This document shows, one piece after another, positions 50,421 to 62,884 of a DNA stretch of 64,000 bases. The stretch's first letter is position 1. The number at the start of each line of letters is the position of its first letter. Position numbers and translations under genes: made by a program. The notes below the pieces were generated by a model, which was not told the DNA's origin, ran no database searches, and saw only the letters and a list, made by a program, of their open reading frames with translations. This stretch comes from Mobula birostris (lineage: Eukaryota), in assembly GCF_030028105.1 (NCBI RefSeq), contig NC_092384.1, positions 3,329,665 to 3,393,664 of the forward strand, in the 5' to 3' direction.

Positions 50421-50845
50421 CTATGTCCTCCGAACATTAAATCACCAGATTTTGCTTCTTTTCTCGTCTTGTGGCGCCTTTAGCATCTGTCTATTCTCAA
50501 CCTAACACGGATGGAAAGCACAGGGTTCCGGCTGGATTCCAGCCTGGGATCATCTCCTCGAGGTGGCACCACATCACCGGCCGGCAACGCCAGTGTGTCT
50601 TAGATTTAATATATTATACACATCGGAGAAATCGTGAGGATAAGTCTCTCAAGACGCGAAACGCATTGCATCTTATGCTGGAGAAAACAGCTTCTATACA
50701 AATTATAAAAAGCTAATTTTGTATGTATTTAATAAGAACCTATTAGTGGCCACAGGGAAATCTAGCGAAAACGATTAAATATGATCGTTTAAAAATGGCT
50801 TATAGTTACCCGACCTTTTATGATAGTTGAGATTCATAGTCTCAC

Positions 50846-51148
50846 CTGTGCTGTAGTTGGTGACGATGTAAGTGGCTAGAGCAGGATCCCGGAGGGTGAC
50901 GTGAGATACCAGACAAGTGTAGACTGTCCCGGTTGGCACAACCTCTGTCACTGATAATCTGCTGGAAGCTCCATATAGCCCATCCGAAGTGGAGTTGGTA
51001 ACAGTCGAACCGGTTGTAATTTTGATGCCATCTTTATACCAGGTGAAACTGATATCCATTGGGTAAAAGGGAGATGTAGTGCACAGAAGAACCAAAGCTT
51101 CCGATTTCTCTAGATCTCCGGAGTAAATTTTCAATGGAATTGGAGGAA
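50846..51148 (-). CDS. Ig C1-set domain exon
   Basis: Acceptor CTATTTCTTAG, donor GTGAGA, phase 1-1, 303 nt. Motifs [21 protein letters not shown] and YTCLVSH are C1-set signatures. Confidence 0.92.
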
Positions 51149-51575
51149 CTAAGAAATAGTGGAATAGATCGATGAATGGCTGTTTACGGTTAGCTGTATA
51201 TTCCCGGCAATATCACCGTTCGATACTATTAACATAAAAGCCAAAATATTAAGATTACAGCGGCAGGAATTTCAGTGGCAATGGAGGAAAATAGTTTTGG
51301 ATAACTAACGGAGCAAATCGTTGATCATATGGGATCAGTGGCGGCTGTACTTTAAATTTCCGCAAATCAAAGAGCTCCAGAATTTAACGTTCAAATGAAT
51401 AATTATGTACAAATACATTAGCCATATTTTAATTAATGTCGTTGAATACTCTTGTTTTATATAGTCAACGCGTGCCGCTACGATTAGTACCGTTATTCTA
51501 TTTAAAAGGCTTTATACAAAAGACAATCACTCAGTCGTAATTTCGCATGAACTGAATCGCTTCTAATGCACCTAC

Positions 51576-51896
51576 CCAACACAACTAGGGTCGACCCGGT
51601 TCCGTTGCCAATCATTGTGCCCTGATGGGCGATGGTACAATAATAGACTCCCGCATCTTGTGGACTCACGTTGACTATCTGCAGGAAGCCGCTGAATTTA
51701 GTACTGAAGCCGGTCAATACTCTGGCGTCATGGTCTGGGTTGATGTAATTATTTTCACCCTTTTTCCACCAATATATGTCAACGCGGGGACCCTCCAGAA
51801 AGGAGGAAAGGGAACAGTCAAAGGAAATGTTTTCACCCTTCATGATGTTGGCGATTTTAGGGAGTTGTGTTACGTCGACAGAAGATTCAACTGACC
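51576..51896 (-). CDS. Ig V-set exon with germline-joined J-like segment
   Basis: Acceptor CTTTCTTTAATTTAG, donor GTAGGT, phase 1-1, 321 nt. Carries VTQ, FDC, YWWKK, QDAGVYYC and GNGTGSTLVV. Confidence 0.93.
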
Positions 51897-52031
51897 CTAA
51901 ATTAAAGAAAGGCAATTCCGAGTCAGTAAGAGACACTATAAACAGTGTATACAATTGTAAAGACGAGCAAGGACAAACATAACGAGATATTCAATAACTG
52001 TTTCATTCTGAAGAAAGGGAAAGCCATTTAC

Positions 52032-52086
52032 CCGTAAAATATATCATCCAAAGAAGCAGACAGTGATGTCCCACGCTGGCCAACAT
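52032..52086 (-). CDS. Signal-peptide (leader) exon
   Basis: ATG at 52086, MLASVGHHCLLLWMIYFT(G), donor GTAAAT, phase 1. A 135-nt intron separates it from the V exon. Confidence 0.8.
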
Positions 52087-52154
52087 TCTGGTACAAGTGA
52101 TCACAGAGAGTGCGCAGTCGCGAACTGTTTCTCTGGGTTGAGCTGTCACAGGGT

Positions 52155-52226
52155 GTGCTGCGTCAGTCTTTCCGCGAAAGTAGTGCGGCTTCTGACCAAT
52201 ATGTGGTGAGATTTACTTTCATTTGT
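52155..52226 (-). promoter_or_regulatory. Candidate proximal promoter of the receptor gene
   Basis: Within about 140 nt of the ATG: TGACGCA (52159-52165), GAS-type TTCCGCGAA (52170-52178), CCAAT (52196-52200), RUNX-type TGTGGT (52202-52207) and IRF-like AAATGAAAGT (52215-52224). These short motifs can occur by chance. Confidence 0.4.
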
Positions 52227-52559
52227 GCTTATGCGAACAGCAGCGCCATCGTCTTCGACACCGATTTTGCTTTTAGTGCCTGAATAAAGAGCAACCTATT
52301 TCACATATCGATGTAATCGAGATCAATTTCGATGACATGTGGTTTGCAGATACATTAGATAAAATAACTCCCCGCTCCATGTAATCTTACTGCACGACCG
52401 CCACTCACTAATTCCCACGTGTCGACTCACACCGTAACACCGCTCCGGCACTCTTCACACACTCTTTTAACATTGACTCAACCTACCCCTCTCCGACCCA
52501 TTGCTCCCAGTCCGTTTCCTCAGGAACCGGCCCATCTTGCCTCTATCAAAAGCATGCGA

Positions 52560-53330
52560 CAGCATAGAGAGGAGTGGACTTCAATGAGGTCCACCGCCCG
52601 AAGATAAAAGGTAGGACCGGTTCGTGACTGCGAATTGAGCTATGACCGGCGGCCAATCCGGACATCGGAAGTTTGGTGAGGAGGTGACTCCAATCAGGTC
52701 CACCGCCCGAGGATAATAGGTTTGAGCAGCGGCCAGTCGGCAATTGAGGTTGATCAATAAGAGCAAATTTAAGGAAGGCAGGGGCAAGCGCAGCGCCCAG
52801 CTTTGCAGCGGCGTCATCTGAGTGGATATAGTCAGAATGGTAATCGTAAGGTCTTAGCGCTTCGAGGTTTCACTCAGAGAAAGACAAGTTCACGTTATTT
52901 CCTCTCTCCTTTATATCTCCTCAGCTACGCAGAGATAACAGGCAGGATAGTGCAACGTAGGAAGGCAGGAAGGCCTCCAGTATTAAGGAAAACACAAAGG
53001 GATTTTAAAAGTATGCAGAGGGCTGGAGTATGAGTGGTGTGATAATAGGACCAAACAGGTGCGAGAGTGGAAACATGTTCAGGGAGTTGGAGGAGGTAAC
53101 AGAGGTACTTAATTAAATTATTTTCTTCAGTAATCACCAGGGAAAGTGACCTTGGCAATTGTGGGGATGACTTACAGCAGACTGAAACGCTTGAGCAGAT
53201 AGACATCAAGATAGAGGATGTGCTGGAGCTTTTGATAACTATTAAGTTATATATATCACTGGGTCCAGACGAAATATACCCCAGGCTACTGTGGGAAGTG
53301 AGGGAGGAGATTGCTGAGCCTCTGGCGCTG
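52560..53330 (+). mobile_element. CR1 5'-UTR-like repeats and internal ORF2 fragment
   Basis: Duplicated GGTCCACCGCCCGA units and a KSLGPDEIYPRLLWEV-like segment near 53250-53300. Confidence 0.5.
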
Positions 53331-53334
53331 ATCA

Positions 53335-55080
53335 TAATCTGTGCGGACTGGTGATAGTGTCTCCTCCTCGCTGACGATCAACACTGTCGCAACTCAGGGG
53401 TGTAGCTGGACATAGCTGAAATACCATCTATAAATTTACTGACGATGCAACCATTGTGCTAGAATCTCAGGTGGTGACGAGAGGGCGTACAGGAGGGAGG
53501 TATGCCAACAAGTGGAGTGGTGCCGCAGCAACAACCTGCGACTCGACGTCAGTAAGACGAACGAGCAGATTGTGGACTTCAGGAAGAGTAAAACGAAGGA
53601 ACACTGACTAGTCCTCATAGAGAGATCAGAAATGGAGAGAATGAGCTGTTTCAAGTTCCTGGGTGTCAAGATCTCTGAGGTTCTAACCTGGTCCCAACAT
53701 AGCGATGTAGTTATAAAGAAGGCAAGACAGCAGTGTTACGTAACCGGCAGCAATGAATATTAATCGAGACAGGTTTTATGAAAACGACCAAACATTTATT
53801 AAACACATATAAGCGATAAGATACAAAAAAAAACAAAAGGAAAACTTTAACTGGAGGTTAACAGGTACGCAGTTTTTCACCAACTCGCCACTCGGCTCTG
53901 GTTCTTAAAGTGTTAAAAGCGGAAACAGTTTCTGAAAGCTATACAGTCAGATATAGTTCTTGTGCATGTACCCATTGCGCTATTGCAAGACTTATCTCAA
54001 TGCAGGTTCTCTTCAACGAAGACTCAATAAGGTCGATTCTTTATTACACTGCCAGACGATGCTGACTTCTCTCGATCCTTCACCTCGATGAATTCTTCAC
54101 TCTCCCTTCAAAACTGTCAGAATTGAGTAAATTGGCACCTCCAGCCACAAATTTCCAGTCCAAGTAATATGGAATCTTTCAACAGAACGTACGACCGTTT
54201 TAAAAATGAAACTGCGTCACAAAAACAAGCACGCAACAGAAACGGAGGCACAACACGTTCTACCTGGAAATCTACAAACTCAAAATCCCACTGCGTCACC
54301 TGAGTCGACCCTTATATAGTCACGGGACACATGTCATCACGTGACCTCACATCGCCGGGAAAATCACATCAGGTGACCTCCAAAAGACCATTACAGCATT
54401 CTCACAAAAAAAAACAGATTTTCTTCAGCATGTAACAGCAGCTATATTTCATTAGGAGTTTGAACAGATTTGGCATATCAACAAATAGACTCAAAGACTG
54501 CTATAGTTGTACCATGTAGAGCATTCTGACAGGATGTATCACTGTCTGGTATGGCGGTGAGGGGAGGGGTGGGGAGCTACTGCACAGGACCGAAAAAAGC
54601 TGCAGAAGATTGTCAATCTAGTCAGCTCCATCTTGGGCACTAACCTAGAAAGTACCCAGGGCACCTTCAGGGAGCGGTGTCTCAGAAAGGCAGCGTCCAT
54701 TCTTAAAAACCACCAGCACCCAGAGCATGCCATTTTCTCACTGTTAACATCAGGTTGGAGGTAAAGAACCCTGACGGCACACACTCAGCGAGTCAGGAAC
54801 AGCTTCTTCCCCTCTGCCATCCGATTCCTAAATGGACATTGAATCTTTGGACACTACCTCACTTTTTTTAATATACAGCATTTCTGTTTTTGCACATTTT
54901 TGAAAACCTATTCAATATGCAGAAATGATTTACTTGTTTATTTATTATTATGTTTTATTTTGTTTATAATTATTATTTTTCTCTCTCTGCTAGATTATGT
55001 ATTGTATTGAACTGCTGCTGCTACGTTAACAAATGGCACGTCACACGCCGGTGATAATAAACCTGATTCTGATTCTGATC
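53335..55080 (+). mobile_element. Rex1/Babar-like LINE 3' part
   Basis: KFTDDATI, WCRSNNLRLDVSKTNEQIVDFR and FKFLGVKIS motifs. The GATTCT-repeat tail ends near 55078. Confidence 0.75.
53734..54437 (-). mobile_element. Solo LTR with 4-bp TSD GCAG inside the Rex1-like LINE
   Basis: TGTTAC...GTAACA termini, with GCAG at 53730-53733 and 54438-54441. Confidence 0.92.
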
Positions 55081-56757
55081 TTTGCATCATCAATACAGAC
55101 GGAAGAAGCACCGGAGGATTGGAGGGTTTCCAACGTTGTTCCCTTGTTCACGAAAGGGAGTAGAAACAACCCAGGACATTATAGACCAGTGAGTCTTACT
55201 TCAGTAGTGAGGGATTGTGAAGAAGATCCTGAGAGGCAAGAGTTACGGATATTTGGAAAATCATAATCTGATCAGAGATAGTCAGCCTGGCTTTGTCAAG
55301 GGCAGGTCGTGTCGTAGGAGCCTGACTGAATTATTTGAGGATGTAACAAAACAAATGATGAAGGTAGATCAATGGATGTAGCGCATATGGATTTCAGTAA
55401 GGCATTTAATAGAAAGATAGAAACATAGAAAACCGTAGATGGTTCGTATTGTGCATGGAGTTCGGTGATCAGTGGTGTTCCGCAGGGATTTCTTCTGAGA
55501 CCCTCCTCTTTGTGATTTCTACATGGTCGGCACAACCTGTGGGCCGAAGGGCCTGTAATGTGTTGTAGATTTCTATGTCCTATGTGTTATCCCTGACTAA
55601 TAAAACTGCAAGAAGTGCATCCAGCTGCAGTGTCTAACAAACCGCGTTAAGGCGTTGTAACTGAAACTGGATGAGCTCCTGTTCATTCGGGAGGCTGAAG
55701 AGGTGATAGATAGGACATATAAAGAGGTAGTTACACACAAGGTACAGGGCACAGCAAGCTGGATGACAGTCATGAAGGAAAAAGGAGCTAGTGCAGATGA
55801 CCCCAGTAGACATCCACCTCAATACTTCAATACGTAATAATAATCTAATGTAATCTAAACTTGGATACTGTCGGTGGGAGGGGGTGAGTATGACCAAACA
55901 GAGGCAAGTCACAGTGGTCAGGTCTCTGGCACTGAGTGTGTATCTGTCACTGTTACGGGAAGGAGGAAGAAGAGCCGTGCTCTGGTGATAGGGGCATCGT
56001 TAGGTAGGGGAAAGGACAGGAGGTTCTAAGGGTGAAATTCCCGTATGGTATGTTGTCTTCCGGGTGCCAGGGTTCGGAACGTCTCGGACTGAGTCCTCTG
56101 CATTCTGGTGAACAGACAGAAGTCGTCGTCCATGTAGGTACCAGTGATATGCAAGGTTCTGCAGAGAGAGTTCAAGGAGTTAGGTGCTATGTCAAAGGTT
56201 AGGACCTCCAGGTTTGTGACGCCAGGGTTGCTACCCGAGCCACGTGCTAGTGAGGCTAGACCTAGGAAGATTATACAGTTTAATACATGGCTAAGGAATT
56301 GGTGTAGGAAGGCATAAGTGCTTTGCATCTTTGGTCTCCTTTCCAGGGAATGTGGGACCTGTACAGGAGGCTCCTGAACTGTAGGGGGAGTAATATGTGA
56401 GAGGAAATTTGTTAAAGCTGCACGGTGGTGTTTAAACCAGGGTTGCAGGGGGATGGGGACCAAAGTGACGGAACAATTATAGTGCAGAGGTTGTGGAGGC
56501 ATGTGTTGGTATACCTCAGATAAAGTCAGGAATCAAAAGGTTGGGCATGGTGCGATAGATCAAAAAGGTTGAATAAAGGACTGTGGATGTTGTAGTTGAA
56601 TGCGTGCAGTATATGGAATTAAGGTAGAGGAACTTGCAACACAGCTGCAGGTCGGAACATATGATATTGAGGGCATCACGGAATCATGGCTGAAAGATTA
56701 TAGCTGACAGCCTAATGTCCAAGGGTATACACTGTATCGAAAGGATAGGCAGGAAGC
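55080..56757 (+). mobile_element. CR1 fragments (RT piece, then ORF1 esterase to endonuclease start)
   Basis: PEDWRVSNVVPLF near 55110. VIGASL..RMVCCLPGARV-like ORF1 remnant near 55960-56070. YDIEGITESW near 56660. Confidence 0.75.
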
Positions 56758-59700
56758 CAACTCCTAAGCTCTTTACAGCTCTTTCCTTATATCAGACACA
56801 TACTTCAGCTAAGACTTCGGCGATGCCTCACCCGCATCCGTCCCGACACAAATGTCAATGGGCAACCTTGCCTCGCGCCCAAACATAAGGTAATAGGGCG
56901 AGTAACCAGTAGCTTCATTGCGTGTTCAGATGTAACAGTGAACCAGATGCCCAATGTGTCGACTCCAACGATTCTTCTTGCTGATCTCCAGAGTCCAGAG
57001 CATGCCTAGCAGCGTCCGATTAAACCTTTTCCGGCTGGGGATCGCCCTGCGGATGATAGGGCGTGGTCCTCGATTTCTCAATCCTCAGCATGCTCAGTAA
57101 CTGATAGCTGAGCTTACTCTCAAAGTCCCATCCCTGGTCACTATGAATCCACCGGGGAAGGCCATAATGCAGAGAATACTGCTCCCATAGCACTTTTGCC
57201 ACCGTAGTCGCCCTCTGATCCTTGGTCAGAAAAGCTTGAGCATACCTGGTGTAGTGGTCCGTGATGACGAAGCCATTCCCCGTGTTGCTGGCATCGGGTT
57301 CTATGGCCCGCAAATCCATACACACCAGGTCCAAAGCGACCGCACTGTGCAAGTGGGACAAAGGGGCAACGTGCTCGGGCACCATCTTCCGCCATATGCA
57401 ACGAATGGAGGACTTACAGTACTCTTCAACCTCCGTCCGCGTTCGGGACCGGTAAAACAGATCCTTGAGCAATCTATAGGTCTTTTCCACGACCAAATCT
57501 CCAGAGTCATCATGGAGGGATTTCAACACAACCTTTCGACACTTCTCGGGCAGGACCAGCTGACAAAACCGAACTCGGTCCGGGGGTGACGTTACCCAGT
57601 ATAACATGTCATTATTCAAACTCAACCGAAGCCATTCTCTCAGTAACCGAGACACTGACCATGCTTAGCCTTCTCAGCCCGTGTCACATCCTTCTCTTCC
57701 ACTGCATGCCAGACAGGGCCTGTGCCCGGGTCATCTCGCTGAGCAGCGGCCACTTCCCCAGGGTTTAACCGAGGCAGCTGCGTGGCATTCAGAGCAGTCA
57801 GGTCACAGTAAACTAGAGACGGGGCGTCATCGGACGCTCCAATGGGTCAACTGCTCGATCTGGCCTCTCCTTCTCCTCAGCATGCACGGTGCTAGCAAAC
57901 TGACATATGGCCTTCACCCCGGATGCATTATCGCTCTCCCACTCCTCGTACTTCTCCAGCTCCTCATGTCCCCGTCGGGACAGGGCATCCGCGTCGACAT
58001 TCCGGCTCCCCGGCCGCTACTTCAGGTTGAAATCATATACAGACAGGGCTGCCAGCCACCGATGGCCTGTGGCATCCAATTTCGTCGAGGATAGGATGTA
58101 GGTGACCGGTTGTTGTCTGTCCTCACCTCAAACTTGGCCGCGTAGAATCAGTCATTCAGTTTATCCACCCCACCCATTTCAACGCCAGGAGCTCCAAACT
58201 CTGAGTGGGATAGGTTCTCTCCGAGGGTGACAAACTCCGGCTGACAAACGTTACAGGCCTCAGGCCAGCGCCCTGATCCTGGTATAAAACGGCCCCTAAC
58301 CCCTCATGGCGGGCGTCAGTGTGTACGACACATGGCAATCGTGGGTCTACAAAAGCCAGTATCGACGCCTGAGTCAGCATTTCCTTCTGTGACTGGAAAA
58401 CCGCTTCATATTGGTCATCCGATCTCTGTCCGAAGTACTCTGAAGGGTTCAAATATTCTCCCACCTCCCGTCCTTTCCTCCCTTTCCCCTCTGTCCCAGG
58501 GGAGAGTAACCACGCAGAAGCTCGTTCAAGGGATGACTCATCTTGGCGTAGCCCTTCATGAATATCCAATAGTATCCACAGAATTTCAGGAACGAGCGCA
58601 GACCACTCATGGTCTGGGGCCTCGGCCTGGTAGTCACCGCTTCGATCTTAGCCGGGTTTCTGGCTACTCCATCCGCGAGATGATTTGTCCAACATATCCA
58701 ACAGACGTCTGGCAGAACAGGCAGAACGTGTCCAGTGAAGGTTTTAACAATTCCTGCTTCAGCCTGTCGAGTAGCTTCATTACTCTCGCTTCGTGTTCTT
58801 CCAAGCTGGATCCAAATATTATGAGGTCAGCCAAACATACTAGCACTTCGAGCAGCTTCATATCCCCCACTGCCTTCTCTATTAACCCACTGGAAAGTGG
58901 CAGGGGCCCCCAATTTGTCCTGGGGCATCCTTTCGAACTGGTAAAATTCCAGAGGGCATATGAAGGCCGTCTTCTCCTTATCGGCCTCACTCATCGGGAT
59001 CTACTAATACCCACTCCTCAAATCCAACACGCAATACCACTTCGCCACACTCAGACAGGCAAGCGCGTCTTCGACCCGGGGGACCGTGTACTGATCAGGA
59101 ACCGTGCGCCAGTTCACTGTGCTATAGTCCATACACATACGAACCTTCCCATTCTTCTTCCGGGCCACTACGATAGGGGAAACATAAGGACTTCTGAACT
59201 CCGTGATGATCCTAGCCTCCTTCAACTTACGAAGATGCTGCCACACGTCTTCCACATCTGCAGGGGCCAGTCGCCGTGATCGTTCCCTAAACGGAGTATA
59301 CTCAGTCACCCGTATGGTGTGGCGAGTGTCTCCTGGAACAACCCACATCAAACTCGTCAAAGGAAAAAAAAACATCTGTTATCGTCAACATCTTCTCCAC
59401 CAGCCTCCGCTTCCAACCCTCCGGCACAGGTGATGCTCCAAAGTTAAAAGCTTCAGCGGTTAACGTAGGCCTTTTTCCCGACAGCTCTGCCCCAACTGGC
59501 CTCACGGGGGCCCTATGCATCACCGTAACCGGGAACAAATGCGTCAGAGACATTCCTCGCTTAAAGGTGACCTCCCGTGCAGTAGTGTTCCTGCCGATCA
59601 CCACTAGCCTGCGTGCCTGTATCACCGAGGGCTTGTGCAACTCGGGGCTCAGCAGCAGCCCAGCAGGAAATCTCGACACCCCCTCGAGATCTACCGGGGT

Positions 59701-62700
59701 GTCCACTAAGAGGTCTTCATCCTCAGGCGCTCTCGGGAATCTAGGGGTCTCCATCACTCGTTCTACTTCACTCGGCCGTACCACCATGGGCTTCGGCCGG
59801 GCACACCACACACTGCCTCGTTCACACGCTGCGTCCAGACGAGGGTGACCCCACGCTACTTCAACAGCAGCTCGGAACACAGCGTGCACCGACAGAGTCT
59901 CAAAAAAGTTTTCACCCGCCTTATCCTTACAGGCTTCCAGGAGTCTCCGTACAGTAAGGGTGTTGGTCCTCAGCAGAACTGACACACCCCAAGACTCACC
60001 GGGGTCTCATGAGCCTCAGCCGCCCCCACCTCTGCTTCCAGGAACTCCAGTTTCACAGACAAATAGTCATCGTAGGGGTCATAGCCATTACTGATACCCC
60101 AAATTTGCAGTGCACTGAAAGGAGTGATGGGTAAATGCGCCAGATACTGATCGTAGAACGACCGGTACAGTAACGTGACCTGCGACCCAGTGACGAGTAT
60201 GGCTTTTGCATCTATCCCCTCTATCCGTATCGACACGTTGGATCGGGGTCCCACCAATCCTTCTGTGACAGGGTCTTTTAATATCGAGGGCCCCATGTCA
60301 CATTGTTGGGAACTTATTTTCCCGGAGACTCTAGTCCGTTCCCTCACTGAGTCTCTTCTAAATTTCCCGACCCCTCTTCCTGCTGGGATACCCGTGGACT
60401 GACCCTCCGAGGGGCTCCCTGCCGTTCACAATACGCCTGAAGTACCCCTCTTACCCGCAAGTATAGCACACGCTTCGCCTCGCGAGACCCCGGCTTCCAC
60501 CTGGCCTCAGTGTCTTCCGTCCCTCCCGAGAGGGGCCTTCTCTGCTAGTCCCCTCCCGTGGAGAAACTGCTTCTGCTATCTCCCGCGAGCAGCTGGCTCC
60601 GGTCATTTCACCACCAGAAACTACTACCGAGGACTACATGGTAGTAACGAAGCCCACTTCCACTGTCAATGCGTCGTCCTCCTCCCTTACCTCTCTGAGC
60701 AACTGAACGAAAGCCGGAGGTGGGGACGGGGAGGGGTAGGCATGCGTTCTACGGGATTGCCGGAGGCTCCTAGCGATCGCATCATGCCTCTACGCTCCCC
60801 TGGCGAACTGGTCGATCCTTATCTGATCCACCTCATTTCCTTTCACACTCCCCCTACGCCCCCCCGCCCCCGGCGCCTGAAGCAATTTAGCCTTCGCTCT
60901 AGCTGGAAAAGATACTTAGAAAGCTTTTCCCCTTTCTCCATACGCAGATTCTAAATTCCCCCTGAAAGCTCTACCGTGCTCCCCGTTAGACAAAAGCCTC
61001 CTCTAATGCTGGTAGACATTCCTTCCTGGAAGCCAAGGGCGGGATAGCTTTCAGGCCTTTTACCACCTCAGCTGCTACCCCTCTCAAGCCTTGTTTATAC
61101 TTTTGCGTCAACTGGACGCCCTAACTTACGCAAGTTGCCATGCGCGTTGTGAGCATTTATAGTTGTGCATTGGTGTGTCTGCGCCGCTTGGTAATTCGCG
61201 CAAGCACGCATGCGACCTCACCTGCCTGCGCAAGGCTTCATGGTTATGGTAGTCTCTTGGTAAACAAGAAGCGAGCGTATTATTTGTGCGAACTGTGTCC
61301 TCCATAATTTCGGAGGTCTGTAAAGCTTTATGGAAAACGTTGCAGCCAGATATCCTCCCCTGCCCTTCAGTCGAAGAGCCAAAACCCTCTGAATATACCC
61401 CTTGACATCCTCTAGGATTTTCCTCCCTCCCCCTTTTCCTTCTCCCTGGGCCTCCTGTCTCATGATCCTCTCATATCCTTTTTGCCAATCACCTGTCCAG
61501 CTCTTGACTCCATCCCTCCCTCTCCTGTCTTCTCCTACCGTTTTGGATCCCCCCGTCCCTCCTATTTTCAAATCTCTTACTAACTCTTCCTTCAGTTAGT
61601 CCTGACGAAGGGTCTCAGCCTGAAACGTCGAGTGTACCTCTTCCTAGAGATGCTGCCTGGCCTGCTGCGTTCACCAGCAACTTTGATGTGTGTTCCTCTG
61701 GTGTCGCTTCAGACACTTCCTCCGTGACAGCGTGCACGCCCCATGGCCCCGCCTCACCTACGTCACCGATAGCCTGGGACAGTCCCAATTCAGTGACGTC
61801 AGCACCCGGCTGTCTCAGCAGAAAGGCTGAGTCCCCCGTTTTACCAATCTTTCTGCTTACAATTTCAACCTTACCGATAGCTCTGACCGTACTCAAACAT
61901 CGAATTAACACATGGACTGAGGTACCTATATTCACGCCACTTAATACGCAGGCATGATTAACCGGTACTTCCTCGATCTCACACCAAAGTTCAATCTTAT
62001 CGGCGTCCATCTCTTCTAACTTAAGCCGGGCACTTACATCGTATCCGACAGAATTCAAACTGCGGACGAGCAACCCACAGTGTAACGTCTTTGCGCCTAA
62101 CTGACTCCTGTCAAGTCGTCAAGTCCGCCAAACAGTGAAAATGCGTTGGTGCGCATACGGTGTGAGGCACCCACTGATTAGCCACGACACAAATATCAAA
62201 CAATATACCAAGTGCGAGTAAACAATTATACTTTATTGCAATGTTTGGTGGTGGGTTAGTAGCAATAACGAAAAGAAAAGACACCACATACGTAACTTAT
62301 CAGTCTTGTGCACATAATATTTTAATACGTTGGAGCTCACGCCTCCGATTCCATCCACAACGTCCTTCCGAGACTCCAGCCACCATCCGAACCCCGAAGG
62401 TCCGGTAACTGCCGCCCTGGAACCGCTGTCCGTTCCCTGTACGTCCGTCTTCTCCGCTCGCCTTCCGAAAAAGCCCGCGCTCCTCAGCTCCGCAAACTCA
62501 TAAAAGATAGCATAACCACACTTCCACTGACTGGCAAATGAATACAATGTCCATTATCGCTAATGATAACCCAAACATGCGGTAACAGAGAACCCTTTGC
62601 TCAGCAGTTGTCAGTACGAGAAGCCATTTTATTATAACACTTCAGAGAAGCCATTTTGTGATAAGCAATTAACAGTTAACAGTCCATCTAATGTTGCTGA

Positions 62701-62710
62701 GACGCCTACA
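56757..62710 (-). mobile_element. Ty3/Gypsy element with PNMA-like gag (copy 2), 3'-truncated
   Basis: 5' LTR 62081-62710. Integrase ORF 57020-57655 (HHCC, LVCMDL, IHSDQG, TTPYHPQGD). RT ORF 59004-59375. Same upstream flank as copy 1. Confidence 0.92.
61597..61634 (+). ncRNA. Minimal type I hammerhead ribozyme motif in a Penelope-like 3' end
   Basis: TAGTC-CTGACGA-AGG(GTCTCAG)CCT-GAAA-CGTC-GAGTG has an intact core and a palindromic ACGT stem III. Stem I has one mismatch. Confidence 0.65.
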
Positions 62711-62884
62711 GAAAGAATGCCAAATGACGTCACTGCTTAGCAGTTTGGATGTCGTACTCGATTCGCAGCCTACCAAAGTCACAACAAAAACGAAGATACA
62801 CTGTTGCGTGACACTAAATCAATTTTATGGAACTGATCAATCAGTCTTTCAAGTCTATTTACAAATTAGATTTCCTTGCCCATT

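Noticed and set aside
50590-50700. TM exon directly after C1
   Set aside because: The phase-1 frame from the nearest acceptor is not hydrophobic and stops early. The 48614-48699 exon fits much better.
51576-51896. Rearranging Ig or TCR V segment
   Set aside because: V and the J-like strand are in one exon, I saw no heptamer/nonamer RSS, and the downstream exons encode a TM and ITIM-type tail.
58332-59279. 315-aa plus-strand ORF, and similar shadow ORFs such as 266-724
   Set aside because: These are antisense shadows of retroelement pol with no recognisable domain.
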